DNA from: Brucepastera parasyntrophica
GTDB lineage: Bacteria > Spirochaetota > Spirochaetia > Treponematales > Treponemataceae
Assembly: GCF_022376835.1 (NCBI RefSeq)
Contig: NZ_CP084606.1
Coordinates: 2,842,739-2,906,738, forward strand
Direction of reading: 5' to 3'
DNA length: 64,000 bases
Each line of letters starts with the position of its first letter. Position 1 is the stretch's first letter. Positions 1 to 10,071 of the stretch are shown piece after piece. A program made the position numbers and the translations under genes. Under the pieces are notes generated by a model. The model made no database searches. It worked only from the letters and a program-made list of their open reading frames with translations, and was not told the DNA's origin.

Positions 1-65
1 CCGAGGGATATTCCTTTGACGGACTGACCGCCATCAGAAATCCGGGAACAGTCACCTGGTCATCC

Positions 66-1946
66 GTGGATGTCCTGAGGACTTCACGCTTTGTTCTTTC
101 GTCCAGCCAGGACATAGGGTCTTCATCAACCGGGACTGTTATGGATATAGCCGATCCCGGCACAACCATACAGCTGATACGGCTTTCCCAGGGTACCTGG
201 TTCTGGACCGTCTTTGCGGAAACTGTAGACGGGCTTGATGTCAGCGCTCCCGGTGTCTCGTGGTTCACCGTACAGCCCATTCCGCCGCTTCCCTCTCCGG
301 GCGGAAGATTGCCTGCCGACCAGTATGTGATCGGCCCGGACGATCTTATGAACAGCCGGAATATTGTATTCAGATGGAACAGTGTCGCCGGCGCGAACGC
401 CTATGTTTTCTCCCTGTTCCATGAGCCCGACAGTGAGGCCGCGCAGACAAGGACCCTGTCCCGGGACGCTTCCCGTGAACTCCTTCTCCGGACAGAGCCT
501 CTGCCTGATAATTCTTTCACGCTGGAAGATCTGTCCATTCTTGACCGCGGAACCTTTATGTGGCGGGTAGAAGCCGTGTTCACGGCTGAGGACGGATACA
601 TTGAACAGCCCGGTATCGCCGGCGAGAACCGTTTTATTGTTGATATTCCGCAGCCTTCAAAGCCGCAGGTCACTAATCCGGGGCCCTCTATGGCAGATAA
701 AAGATTTTCCGCCGGCCTTTTTGCGGTTCTGTTTTTTCTGTCCTTCCGGCTGGCTGCGCAGACTGCGTCCGGTACACCGGCCCCGGCGGAAGGAGATGTT
801 CCGGCGGAAACAGCCGCGGAAAAACAGGCGTATTATATAGAAGAAACAGAAGAAGGATGGCGTTTTATCCAGATGCTTGAATGGCCCCGGCAGAGTCATG
901 TCCGCCGCTATGAAATAATTGTGGAACGGCAGGATGATGAAAGCAGGGAATATACCGAGTTTCTCAGGGAATCTGTTGAAACAAACTATATAGAAATTTC
1001 AATTCCGGCAGGCGAGTACCGTTACCGGCTTGTGGTGTATAATCTGCTTAACCGTGCGGACGGCGAGTCGGACTGGCTGCATTTCAGTGTATTCCGGGCC
1101 ATTCAGCCGGAGCTGGAAAACTTTGCTCCGCGTAATTATTACCTTGATGAAACCTTTGACCGTTCCATGGTGCTTTCGGGCGACAGCTTTGTCGAAGGCG
1201 CGGAAATTTTTCTTATTGAGCAGGATGTTCCGGGCGAACCGGTTGCAGGCGATATACGGCGGCGGAGAAAAATTTTCCCCGTTGAAAAAACAATAGATTC
1301 CTCCCAGAGACGCGCGGAGGTTGTGTTCGGCGACGCCATGCAGTCGGGCTCCTATGATGTTGTTGTGCAGAACCCGGGCGGACTCTGGTCTTCCGCCGGG
1401 ACCCTGACTGTCAAATTCCAGAAACCGGTAGATTTCAATATTTCCGCGGGCTACGCTCCCATGATACTGCTTTACGGGTCGGACATGTCGACCTACTTTG
1501 AAAAAAGGTTTTACCCCCTCGGGGCAAATATCCGTATGTCCCTTGTCCCCATAAAAAAGACATACGGATATTTCGGTTTTGAAATTGACGGCTACTGGAA
1601 TTTTATCAAAAACGAGGCCGACGGTTATACGGTTTCGACCCATCTGATCGGGGGACATTTTAATCTGCTGTACCAGAAGCCCCTGATACCGAAGCGGCTT
1701 GTCCTGAATGTCAGGGCGGGCGGCGGCGTGTTTGCCTTCCTCAATATGTATTTTGACTTCGGCGGCGGTCTGGAATCGGAGCCGCTTAATACATGGTTTC
1801 CAACGGCAGGCGGAGGCCTGTCATTGCAGTGGTTTGTATTCAAACGTCTTTACGCGGACCTTGGCGTAACATATATGCACTTTTTCTCGAAGGAAATGCC
1901 GAGCGGTTATCTGCTGCCCGTCATTTCCGTCGGCTGGCAGTTCTAG
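66..1946 (+). CDS. Hypothetical exported protein. N-terminal tandem beta-sandwich (Fn3-like) repeats; internal signal-peptide-like segment (MADKRFSAGLFAVLFFLSFRLAAQ, possible alternative start ~690); C-terminal beta-barrel-like region ending in Phe (putative outer-membrane protein). The ORF may continue upstream of the window.
   Basis: Long ORF from the track. Repeated W-x-V/aromatic domain motifs, an internal hydrophobic h-region plus AQ cleavage-like site, and a C-terminal ...VISVGWQF ending typical of OM beta-barrels. Confidence 0.5.
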   Translation: MDVLRTSRFVLSSSQDIGSSSTGTVMDIADPGTTIQLIRLSQGTWFWTVFAETVDGLDVSAPGVSWFTVQPIPPLPSPGGRLPADQYVIGPDDLMNSRNIVFRWNSVAGANAYVFSLFHEPDSEAAQTRTLSRDASRELLLRTEPLPDNSFTLEDLSILDRGTFMWRVEAVFTAEDGYIEQPGIAGENRFIVDIPQPSKPQVTNPGPSMADKRFSAGLFAVLFFLSFRLAAQTASGTPAPAEGDVPAETAAEKQAYYIEETEEGWRFIQMLEWPRQSHVRRYEIIVERQDDESREYTEFLRESVETNYIEISIPAGEYRYRLVVYNLLNRADGESDWLHFSVFRAIQPELENFAPRNYYLDETFDRSMVLSGDSFVEGAEIFLIEQDVPGEPVAGDIRRRRKIFPVEKTIDSSQRRAEVVFGDAMQSGSYDVVVQNPGGLWSSAGTLTVKFQKPVDFNISAGYAPMILLYGSDMSTYFEKRFYPLGANIRMSLVPIKKTYGYFGFEIDGYWNFIKNEADGYTVSTHLIGGHFNLLYQKPLIPKRLVLNVRAGGGVFAFLNMYFDFGGGLESEPLNTWFPTAGGGLSLQWFVFKRLYADLGVTYMHFFSKEMPSGYLLPVISVGWQF

Positions 1947-2200
1947 GGGACCTGACGCCGGCTGATGGTGCGCATAATCCGGACTTTTCTGCTGAAGGAA
2001 CGGTCTGTAAAAACAGTCTAACAGGCAGTGAAATGTCCGGCTTGGTATATACTTTAAATCAGCGCAGGTTCAGCAAACCTTGCTCCTGATAAAACTATCC
2101 GCGGCAAAAAACTTCAGCGCAAGTTTATACGAGCTTCTGCCGCGTCAGGGAACCGGTCAATGTAGGAAAAACCGGGACCTGTCCGTTACCGGAGGCATTC

Positions 2201-4852
2201 ATGAAAAAAAAGTTATCCTGTTTGCACGCAGCTTTTATACCGGCTTTGGCCGCGGCCCTCCTGCTGACCGCCTGCAACGCCTTTAATGTTTCCGTGCCCG
2301 AATATCTTGAAGAATATACTTCAAACGCCGCGGCGGAGAGCTGGCGGATTACCACCGGCTCCCAGACCGGACCCGACAGTAAAAAAATTATTATACCGCC
2401 TTCTGACCCGGCGGAAGAAAGCAGCCACACCCTTATAAGCGTCCGGCTCAGGAACCCGAAAAAGTACCCGCTGGCGCTGGGGCTTTCCCGTTATGACACA
2501 GCCGAGGGGGAATATGTTTCTGTTGCCGGTGAAGCCGAAGCGGAACAGACTTCAGCCGACTATATAACAATAACGGTTAAAGATGCCTCCATCCGGGACG
2601 AGTTCCGGTTCCGGCTGTCGATGAAAACACAGGACAATCTCCGGACCTTTGCCGACTATAACCTTCCCCTTATCCGCTGCAATGTCACCCCCGCTTCCGC
2701 TGATAATCTTGAGGTGCGGAATGAAGCCGGGACGCCCACCGTATACTGGAACATGAATACCGCGGATGATTATATTGACGTGAATGAAGTTACGGTATAC
2801 CTCAAGGCCGAAAATACGATTAATACATATATGTATACGAGGGAGACAGATTCTGGTCCCTGGAAAACCGCCGGAGGGACAGAGCTTGATTATACTGATC
2901 CTTCCGCCAGTCTGGCCTTTCCTGCCGGTATGATATCGCAGGAAACAGGGGCTATGGATACGGAAGAATTTGAAAAATACTATAATTTCGCTGTTGTTCT
3001 GAAAAATTCCGACGGGCTTGAGGCCCGGAACGCAACGCCCGGTTTCGGCTGGGACGTATCTCCCGCGGTATTGGCCGGCATTGCCCAGTCGGATGATAAC
3101 CCCGCCCGGGTAAAAGTCACTCTGATCGCGCAGGACGGCAGCCTGAAGGCCGACGAAATACTGTATACGCTGGGCGGCGACAGTACGGTTCATACTTACG
3201 GAAATCCGTTTGAGGCCGCCATCGGAACGGAACTTGTTGCCTGGTCGACAAAGAGCGGCCGGATACCCTCGCGGAAAACCTCGCGAACCCTCATGCTCGA
3301 TACCGTAGTGTTTGTGGATGAAAACTCAACCCCGGCGGCGGATGATAATTATGGATTTGTACCGGCTCTTCCCGCGCCTACAATAGAGGCCGCCATAGAC
3401 TTGCTGAAAACGGCAGATTCCGCTTCCGGCACGGCCGTCCCGCGATATGTCCTGCTTATGTCCGATGTTACTTCCGGCAATTCCGGAAACACCAGCGCGC
3501 TGGTTGAAATAGTAAATTATGACAAAACCCTTGTTATACAGCCGATGGCAGAGAATGATACCGTAACTATTGACGCGGCTGACAGCGGAAGGACAATGTA
3601 TATATCCAGCACATATAACCCGGACATTACCCTGAAAAACCTGATAATAACGGGCGGAAGTCTTTCCTCCGATTATGGTCATGGGATTTTGCTGGTGAAC
3701 CGCGGGACCCTTACTCTGGACAACTGTACCATTACAGACAATGGTAATGGTTTCGGATCAGGCGGAGGGATTGCCCTAAACGGTAACTGGACGCTTAATA
3801 TAAAGGGCGAAACCCGGATCACGGAGAACACAGCCGCGAACGGCGGCGGAATATATAACCGCGGCGGGACTGTCAATATTGAAGACGGAACAATTTCCGG
3901 AAACGGCGCCTCAATGGGCGGGGGCATATACAATGACGGCGGAGCGGTCAATATTGAAAATGCGACCATTTCAGAAAATAACGCTGATCAGCGCGGCGGC
4001 GGTATCTGCATAGTAGCGGGCGGCGGCGGGAGCGTTACCCTGAACGGCGGGACCATTTCCGGCAATGAGACAGCCGGAAACGGCGGCGGAGTATATGTGG
4101 GCGGAGATACATTCAACATGAACGGCGACTTAGTCACTGGAAATACCGCGCAGAACGGCGGCGGTGTGCATATTGAGCTCGGGGCTTTCAATATGACCGG
4201 CGGGGTTATTACCGGCAATGAGGCCACGGTAAACGGCGCCGGTGTGTGTGTAAACGACGGGACCTTCTCCATGCAGGGCAACGCGAAGGTTATTATGGAA
4301 AACCCCGTGTATCTCAAGTCCGGAAAAACGATAACCCTTTCAGGTGATTTCAAGTACCGGGATGCTATCGCCAAGATACAGCCGGAAATGTACGATATAA
4401 ATGTCCGGGTGCTTGACGGGCTGGCCGGATACATTGCGGACAACCATACCAGCTTCGCGGTTGAGGATCAGGAGAACAGCGGTTCCTACCTCAGCTGGGC
4501 TGTCGATAAAAACGGGTACCTTGTTAAAGCCATCGGGATAAGCTGCGATTTTGTGGATGGTATATACGGGCTTGCCTTTACCCCGCCCTCGGATGGACTT
4601 ATCGTAGATAAAGAGGATACTGTCAATATTACTGTTAACCGGTCGTCTCTTCCCACAGCAGCCGGGCTTTCATATACCATACTGATAGAAGGTGAACCTG
4701 ATGTCTCCGCGGAGCTGCTGTCAGGCAATATGATCCCCTTTACCGCGCCAAATACGGCCGGGCAGCACACTGTTTTTGTGGAAATCATTGTGGACATGGA
4801 CAGCAGAAAAACCGCCTATTCCGGCAGCTTTGTGCTGACCGTGAGAATGTGA
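2201..4852 (+). CDS. Large surface lipoprotein with right-handed parallel beta-helix repeats (Pmp-like GGG[IV]/NGGG motifs).
   Basis: ATG with GGAGG RBS. Signal peptide ending in the lipobox LLTAC. More than 10 tandem repeats of xNGGGIYxxGGTVNIxxGTISGN type. Confidence 0.75.
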   Translation: MKKKLSCLHAAFIPALAAALLLTACNAFNVSVPEYLEEYTSNAAAESWRITTGSQTGPDSKKIIIPPSDPAEESSHTLISVRLRNPKKYPLALGLSRYDTAEGEYVSVAGEAEAEQTSADYITITVKDASIRDEFRFRLSMKTQDNLRTFADYNLPLIRCNVTPASADNLEVRNEAGTPTVYWNMNTADDYIDVNEVTVYLKAENTINTYMYTRETDSGPWKTAGGTELDYTDPSASLAFPAGMISQETGAMDTEEFEKYYNFAVVLKNSDGLEARNATPGFGWDVSPAVLAGIAQSDDNPARVKVTLIAQDGSLKADEILYTLGGDSTVHTYGNPFEAAIGTELVAWSTKSGRIPSRKTSRTLMLDTVVFVDENSTPAADDNYGFVPALPAPTIEAAIDLLKTADSASGTAVPRYVLLMSDVTSGNSGNTSALVEIVNYDKTLVIQPMAENDTVTIDAADSGRTMYISSTYNPDITLKNLIITGGSLSSDYGHGILLVNRGTLTLDNCTITDNGNGFGSGGGIALNGNWTLNIKGETRITENTAANGGGIYNRGGTVNIEDGTISGNGASMGGGIYNDGGAVNIENATISENNADQRGGGICIVAGGGGSVTLNGGTISGNETAGNGGGVYVGGDTFNMNGDLVTGNTAQNGGGVHIELGAFNMTGGVITGNEATVNGAGVCVNDGTFSMQGNAKVIMENPVYLKSGKTITLSGDFKYRDAIAKIQPEMYDINVRVLDGLAGYIADNHTSFAVEDQENSGSYLSWAVDKNGYLVKAIGISCDFVDGIYGLAFTPPSDGLIVDKEDTVNITVNRSSLPTAAGLSYTILIEGEPDVSAELLSGNMIPFTAPNTAGQHTVFVEIIVDMDSRKTAYSGSFVLTVRM

Positions 4853-4860
4853 GGAGGGGA

Positions 4861-7800
4861 ATGATGAGACGGAATACCTGCGTTTTACTGGCCGCGGCTG
4901 TTCTTGCCGCCTTATATATGACGGTTTCATGCAGCAACGCCTTTCTTGAGCGGGTCCCCTCGCGCGGACCGGCTCCGGCCGCTGAGGGAATGCTTGATAT
5001 CACGGCATCCGCCGCTTTGTCCGCGGGACGGGCCGCCTTTCCGAATATCGTAATAAGCAGATACGAGTTTACCGTCAAGGACGGGGCCGGAAAAGTAATT
5101 GGTTCAATCACTGAAACAGCGTCCGGTAACGCTGTCAGTATTACTTATCCTGCCTCGGCCGGATATACAATAACCGTGGCCGGAAAAGATTCTTCCGGCA
5201 AAGAGCTTGTCTCCGGCGAAGCTGCTGTTACTGAGGCCCATATCACCGCGGGGACGATGGAAATTAAGATATATCCTGTTACAACAGGCGGAACAGGTTC
5301 AGTTGATCTTAAAATAAAATTCCCGAAGGAATTTGATGACGGCAGTCCGGTAACAAGGGTCATAGCTGAACTCTTGCGGAGTGACGGCACCCAGGCCGGC
5401 CAGGCGCAGACAATTCTCTCAGGTTCATTCGGAGAGCCGGATGCCGGAAGCAGTTCCATAACCGTTGCGTACGATTCCGCGCCCGCCGGCATTCTGCGCC
5501 TGAAACTCACGTTTTACCGGTGGAAAACCACAAATCCTGAGGACGGGATTCCGGCCGGCGTTGTATACGAAAGCCTGAATGTCTGGGCAAATACCTGCAC
5601 GGACAGCTGGCTTAAAGTTACCGATACAACAACCGGTGTGTATGAGCTCGCGGAATACCTTGAACTCACTGAAGATGATTTTTATGATGCTACGGTGACG
5701 CTGGAGAGCGTAAAACAAGAATTTGATGATAATGGAATTGTGCTTGATCTTGTGCTAAACATTGACTATTATCACGAAGTTTCTGCAGAAAAAGTATCAT
5801 TAACTTTTACCATTGGTTTCGACGGTCAGTCGTTCACGATTACAGATGCCAAAGGTTCCTCCGCTGGGCTTGAACCGGATAAGACTTCTGATGGTGTTTT
5901 CAGTGTTTCAAATATTTCCCTTTTTCCCGGTCCGAATAAATTTGTGCTAACTGTAACAGCACCCGACAAACAAACAACAAAAACGTATAATCTGATATAT
6001 ACAACTCCTCCGATTTGGTATGTGGATGAAACCATAGGGGATGATGACAACACCGGAACGGCTACATATCCTCTTGCCAGTGTCAGCGCGGCACTTTCCC
6101 GCATAGCCGCATTGTATGATCCCGATACATGGCCGCATGATTTTGTTAATAATGAATCTGTTGGTCAAAAAACCGCCGAAATCCGGATCAACGGTGACCT
6201 TACTCCAACTGCAGATGACGCCAATCCCAATGGTTTCATTGTTATCGACAATGCCGCCGGTTCATATCCTCCCATACTGCTCAGCGGCAAAGGCGTTTCA
6301 TACCCGGGCGCCCTGGACGCGGATGGAGAGGCCCGCGTGCTGTATATAAACAACGCTGACGTTACCCTGGGCGAAAACCTTACATTGAAAGGCGGTAGCG
6401 CGGAAAGCGGCGGCGGCGTGTACGTGACCGGACCAAACGCGAAATTCACGGTGTCCGGCGGGGAAATTTCGGAAAATGAATCAACCGGTTCCGCCGATGC
6501 AAACGGCGGCGGAGGCATATACGCCGGAAACGGCGCTAAGGTGTTTATGACAGGAGGCACCGTCAGCGAAAATGAGGCGGTAAACGGAGGCGGCCTGTAT
6601 GTTACGGGAAGCGGAACGGCCCTTGAGATGACCAACGGAACCGTCACTGACAATGAGGCCGCCAAGGGCGGCGGCGTGCTGGTCCTGAATAACGCCGTTT
6701 TTACAATGAAGGACAATATCTTCCAGGGCGGAATTATCACCCGAAACACCGCTGTTTATGACGGCTCTTCTCTGCTCACAGGCGCCGGCGCGGGTGTGCT
6801 GGTATATACCGGAGGGAGCTTTAACCTTGAAGCGGGACAAATAACACAAAACGAGTCGGAACTGAACGGCGGCGGTGTACTGGTTATGGGCGGGACCTTC
6901 AATATGAGCGGCGGAACCATTGGCGGCAGTTCAACATCTGATGCCAACAAAGCGGTATACGGCGGCGGCATAGTCCTGTATGATGACGCTGTCTTTACCC
7001 TGACCGGCGGGGAAATCAGTTATAATGAAGCGGAGGAAGGCGGCGGCGTGTATATCAATAATGCTGCCGGAGGCGTCACCGCTGCAATGACCGATGGAAA
7101 AATCAGTTACAATACCGCGGATTCCGGCGGCGGGGTGTATATAACCGGAACAGGCCACAGGTTTAACATGAGCGGCGGGGAAATTTGCTATAATGAGGCA
7201 AACGCATCATTATATGCAGGCGGCGGCATTTATATTGAGGCAGACGCCAATACAGCCGTCAATCTGTCCGGTTCCGCACAGATACACCATAATACTGCAA
7301 CTGACGGTTTTGGCGGCGGAATTTACGCATACGGCGGAACCATTATCCTGAGTGAAGCCGCGGAAATAAGTGAAAATGAAGCGCTGGGCGGTGGCGGTTG
7401 CGGCGGCGGGATGTATCTGCAGGGCCAAAACAAATTTACGATGAACGGCGGAGCTGTCCGCGGTAATACCGCGAACAGTCAGGGAGGCGGGCTTTTTACG
7501 CAGCAAACTGAGTTTACCATGACTGCCGGAAGCATAGAAGATAATAATGCCGTCAATCTCTCTAATAGCTTCGGCGGAGGAGTATACCTGGACAGTGGAT
7601 CGCAGTTTACCATGAGCGGGACCGCGGTAATCAGAAACAATAAGGCAAACAGACAGGGCGGCGGTGTGAATATTTATTGTTCAACCTTCAATATGAACGG
7701 CGGGACAATAACAGGAAATCTGCTTACAAATACATCCTATTCCGAACCCGGCGCGGGTGTGTATGTCGAAGCGCCCCAGCTGAATTTCCCTGCTATATTC

Positions 7801-8226
7801 TCCATGAGCGGTCCTGCCCAGGTGACTGCAGATAATGACGTATATCTGTCACTTGGTGGCACCGGAAACTACCGAGCCATGCTAACGGTCGGCGGTAATC
7901 TCACCGCTTCAAAGGCCGCAGTCATTACGCCGGCAAGTTACCCCAGCGGAACGGACACTGTTCAGGTGCTGGACGGTGACACAGGGCTGATAACGGCAAA
8001 CGCCTCGAAGTTCGGCGTTACCCCGCAGATTGACGGGATTGACACGATATACTGGCAGGTGGACACGGAAGGGAAGCTGGACAAGATTCAAAGTCAGTCC
8101 ATTACTAACTTTGATGATCTCAAAAATGCAATAAACACTACCAACATTGGCGGAACCGCTATTCTGCTCATCGTCGGTACATTCGAAATGGAAGATACCA
8201 TCGCAATCAGTGATTCAAAAATATAA
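4861..8226 (+). CDS. Giant beta-helix repeat lipoprotein, paralog of the upstream gene. The reading frame is broken near its end and continues in 8214..9188. The track start GTG 4849 overlaps the upstream stop; ATG 4861 behind a GAGGAGG RBS is preferred.
   Basis: Lipobox MTVSC. About 25 NGGG[IV]Y/GGG[VL] beta-helix repeats. Starts 8 bp after the upstream stop, so probably in one operon. Confidence 0.75.
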   Translation: MMRRNTCVLLAAAVLAALYMTVSCSNAFLERVPSRGPAPAAEGMLDITASAALSAGRAAFPNIVISRYEFTVKDGAGKVIGSITETASGNAVSITYPASAGYTITVAGKDSSGKELVSGEAAVTEAHITAGTMEIKIYPVTTGGTGSVDLKIKFPKEFDDGSPVTRVIAELLRSDGTQAGQAQTILSGSFGEPDAGSSSITVAYDSAPAGILRLKLTFYRWKTTNPEDGIPAGVVYESLNVWANTCTDSWLKVTDTTTGVYELAEYLELTEDDFYDATVTLESVKQEFDDNGIVLDLVLNIDYYHEVSAEKVSLTFTIGFDGQSFTITDAKGSSAGLEPDKTSDGVFSVSNISLFPGPNKFVLTVTAPDKQTTKTYNLIYTTPPIWYVDETIGDDDNTGTATYPLASVSAALSRIAALYDPDTWPHDFVNNESVGQKTAEIRINGDLTPTADDANPNGFIVIDNAAGSYPPILLSGKGVSYPGALDADGEARVLYINNADVTLGENLTLKGGSAESGGGVYVTGPNAKFTVSGGEISENESTGSADANGGGGIYAGNGAKVFMTGGTVSENEAVNGGGLYVTGSGTALEMTNGTVTDNEAAKGGGVLVLNNAVFTMKDNIFQGGIITRNTAVYDGSSLLTGAGAGVLVYTGGSFNLEAGQITQNESELNGGGVLVMGGTFNMSGGTIGGSSTSDANKAVYGGGIVLYDDAVFTLTGGEISYNEAEEGGGVYINNAAGGVTAAMTDGKISYNTADSGGGVYITGTGHRFNMSGGEICYNEANASLYAGGGIYIEADANTAVNLSGSAQIHHNTATDGFGGGIYAYGGTIILSEAAEISENEALGGGGCGGGMYLQGQNKFTMNGGAVRGNTANSQGGGLFTQQTEFTMTAGSIEDNNAVNLSNSFGGGVYLDSGSQFTMSGTAVIRNNKANRQGGGVNIYCSTFNMNGGTITGNLLTNTSYSEPGAGVYVEAPQLNFPAIFSMSGPAQVTADNDVYLSLGGTGNYRAMLTVGGNLTASKAAVITPASYPSGTDTVQVLDGDTGLITANASKFGVTPQIDGIDTIYWQVDTEGKLDKIQSQSITNFDDLKNAINTTNIGGTAILLIVGTFEMEDTIAISDSKI

Positions 8227-9188
8227 CCATCCTCAGCTCCGGAAATTTTACCCTGAGCAGGCCTTCCGGTTTCACCGGTTCCTTCTTTACGGTTGACGGC
8301 GGCGCTTCCCTGACGCTGGGCGAGATCGGCAGTATGAATACACTGACCATGGACGGAAATAATATTTCCGCTGACGCTCCCTTAGTCATTGTAAACAATG
8401 GAACTCTGACTATTAATGACGGAGTGACGTTGCAGAATAATAATCGTACAGATTCATCATATGGGGGTGCTGTCGATATAATTAATGGTAGAATGGAAAT
8501 GAGCGGAGGGAAAATTACCGGAAATTATTCAATTAATGGCGCCGTTGCAGTTCAGAATAACGGGGTATTTACCATGACAGGCGGAGATATTACTGCGAAC
8601 ACTACAAATAATCAAATTGGAGGTGTATATATAAATGGAGGGACCTTTACTTTAGTTGATGGATGTATTTCAGAATCAACTTATGGAGGGATGGGCTTCG
8701 GCGGTACCGGTACTTTTATTATGACTGGTGGCACAATATCAGGGGCAGCTACCGCTACTGGTACTCTCGGACGTCTTGGAGGAATATCAGTTTGGACTGT
8801 AAGTGACTGGGACCGTAATAGTGTTACTATTAAACTCAGCGGAGAAATAGATATTGATATGATAACCTTGTCTTCTGATCCTCTCATTGCTGCCAGTAAC
8901 TTGATTCCTATTTGCATGGCAGGTACAGTCACTTTGCCATCCGTTGGCAGCACCATAAAAATAAGAGCCTTTAGTTCTTACAGGATAGGGGAGCTTCCAG
9001 ATACCACTAATTATTATGAGTATGCCCCATTCGTAGGGGAAACTGTCCTCCAGGGAACCGATGGTTATACACTGGCAGCAAGTGATGTCGCAAAATTCGT
9101 GTTATGTGATGAGAACGGCGATCCGGTATCAGATTACAAAATTGAACTTAACGCTGACGGTAATGGTATTATAGCAGCCGCTCCCTGA
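8214..9188 (+). CDS. 3' continuation of the 4861..8226 beta-helix lipoprotein after a -1 frame change at an A5 run (8217-8221). The track ORF is 8334..9188.
   Basis: Open frame from 8214 (FKNITILSSGNFTLSRPSGFTGSFFTVDGGASLTLGEIGSMNTLTMDGNN...) carries the same repeat architecture. Restoring one A gives a single ~1450-aa protein. Confidence 0.6.
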   Translation, partial: FKNITILSSGNFTLSRPSGFTGSFFTVDGGASLTLGEIGSMNTLTMDGNNISADAPLVIVNNGTLTINDGVTLQNNNRTDSSYGGAVDIINGRMEMSGGKITGNYSINGAVAVQNNGVFTMTGGDITANTTNNQIGGVYINGGTFTLVDGCISESTYGGMGFGGTGTFIMTGGTISGAATATGTLGRLGGISVWTVSDWDRNSVTIKLSGEIDIDMITLSSDPLIAASNLIPICMAGTVTLPSVGSTIKIRAFSSYRIGELPDTTNYYEYAPFVGETVLQGTDGYTLAASDVAKFVLCDENGDPVSDYKIELNADGNGIIAAAP

Positions 9189-9193
9189 TATAC

Positions 9194-9228
9194 CTGAAAG
9201 ACAGCGTTATCTGCTGCCTTTCAGGACA
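9194..9228 (+). terminator. Hairpin terminator after the beta-helix lipoprotein operon.
   Basis: cctgaaagacagc / gctgcctttcagg stem of about 13 bp with one mismatch, followed by a T-rich tract. Confidence 0.45.
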
Positions 9229-9750
9229 GGGTTCTGATGTTTTCATGAAAAACGGAGAGGGCCGCGGCAGTCCATACGGAAACCTCTGATGTGACTGCCA
9301 TCTGCTCAAAATGTCCTGAAAAAATCCGGAATATGGGGTATGCGGTTTTCTTTTCACGGGAACCAGGCCCCTTCGCATCATACCGGATTTCTGTTTTTCT
9401 GCCCGGAATAGGTGCGGCCCGCAGGCTTTCTCACATTCTTTTTTGAAGCCTGTTTTTGGTGCCGGAACTACACTCCTTATTTTTCCATTGGAAGGGCCGT
9501 TCCTTCCCCAATAAAAAAGTCATTTTCCCCGCGGTTTTTCCTTTACAAACCGGACTTTCCGGTACATACTTGAATTATCAGTACAACCTGTTGTACACCC
9601 GCTCCGGCTGAAAATCCGCGAAAAACCGCGAAAATATGTATCTTCCAAAGCCGGGATGAGGCACTGTTCCTCATCCCGTATCAGTGTTTTTTTTGTACCC
9701 GCATTATCCAGGTAAAGTGCCCTGTTCCCGGGAGCGGGCGGAAAGCGGGT

Positions 9751-9833
9751 TTACACAAAGTGCTGTGTGAGACGGAAAAAGTTTACACATTGCCGTGTGT
9801 AAGGAAAAAAACTTTACACATGGTCATGTGTAA
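9751..9833. promoter_or_regulatory. Array A: three tandem 20-bp palindromes TTACACA-N6-TGTGT(A/G)A at 9751-9770, 9783-9802 and 9814-9833. Each is followed by GG(A)AAAAA; unit period 31-32 bp. Lies upstream of the lipoprotein gene that starts at 9892.
   Basis: Read directly from the sequence. Related to array B at 12840-13093, which is in inverted orientation. Confidence 0.7.
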
Positions 9834-9891
9834 GTATTTCGCGTGACGGAAAGATCCCGGCGTTTTACTGCTGATAATAAGGAGAAAAAAA

Positions 9892-10014
9892 GTGAAAAAG
9901 AGACTGTCTTGCGCCCTGTTTCTGCCGGCTGTCCTCGCGGGCGTGCTTCTGGCCGTTTCCTGTGAAAACCCCTTTTACCGGGACTTCCTCAAAAAACCGG
10001 TTACCGTTACCTGA
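9892..10014 (+). CDS. Mini-ORF encoding only a lipoprotein signal peptide (VKKRLSCALFLPAVLAGVLLAVSC + 16 aa), ended by an in-frame TGA at 10012. It is the N-terminus of the downstream lipoprotein (gene interrupted).
   Basis: GTG start 8 nt after AAGGAG. Lipobox LAVSC. Same frame as 10015..12531. Confidence 0.5.
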   Translation: MKKRLSCALFLPAVLAGVLLAVSCENPFYRDFLKKPVTVT

Positions 10015-10071
10015 GACGCGAACGGGGGCGCGGGCGCCGTCCCTAGGGCGGCTGAGGCTGAAAAAGATGAT

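Noticed and set aside
3326-7158. Multiple 90-200-aa ORFs on the minus strand inside the beta-helix lipoprotein genes (for example 3679..3969, 3988..4443, 6165..6749, 6756..6971), Pro/Ala-rich.
   Set aside because: They are antisense artefacts of the GGC/GGN-rich repeat coding sequence. There are no starts with an RBS, and the composition mirrors the sense-strand repeats.
8216-8221. The A-tract frameshift in the giant lipoprotein as programmed or phase-variable expression.
   Set aside because: Ten other genes in the window show the same -1 homopolymer defect, including housekeeping-type genes such as tatD and an ABC ATPase. An artefact is the simpler explanation. It is kept as a caveat only.
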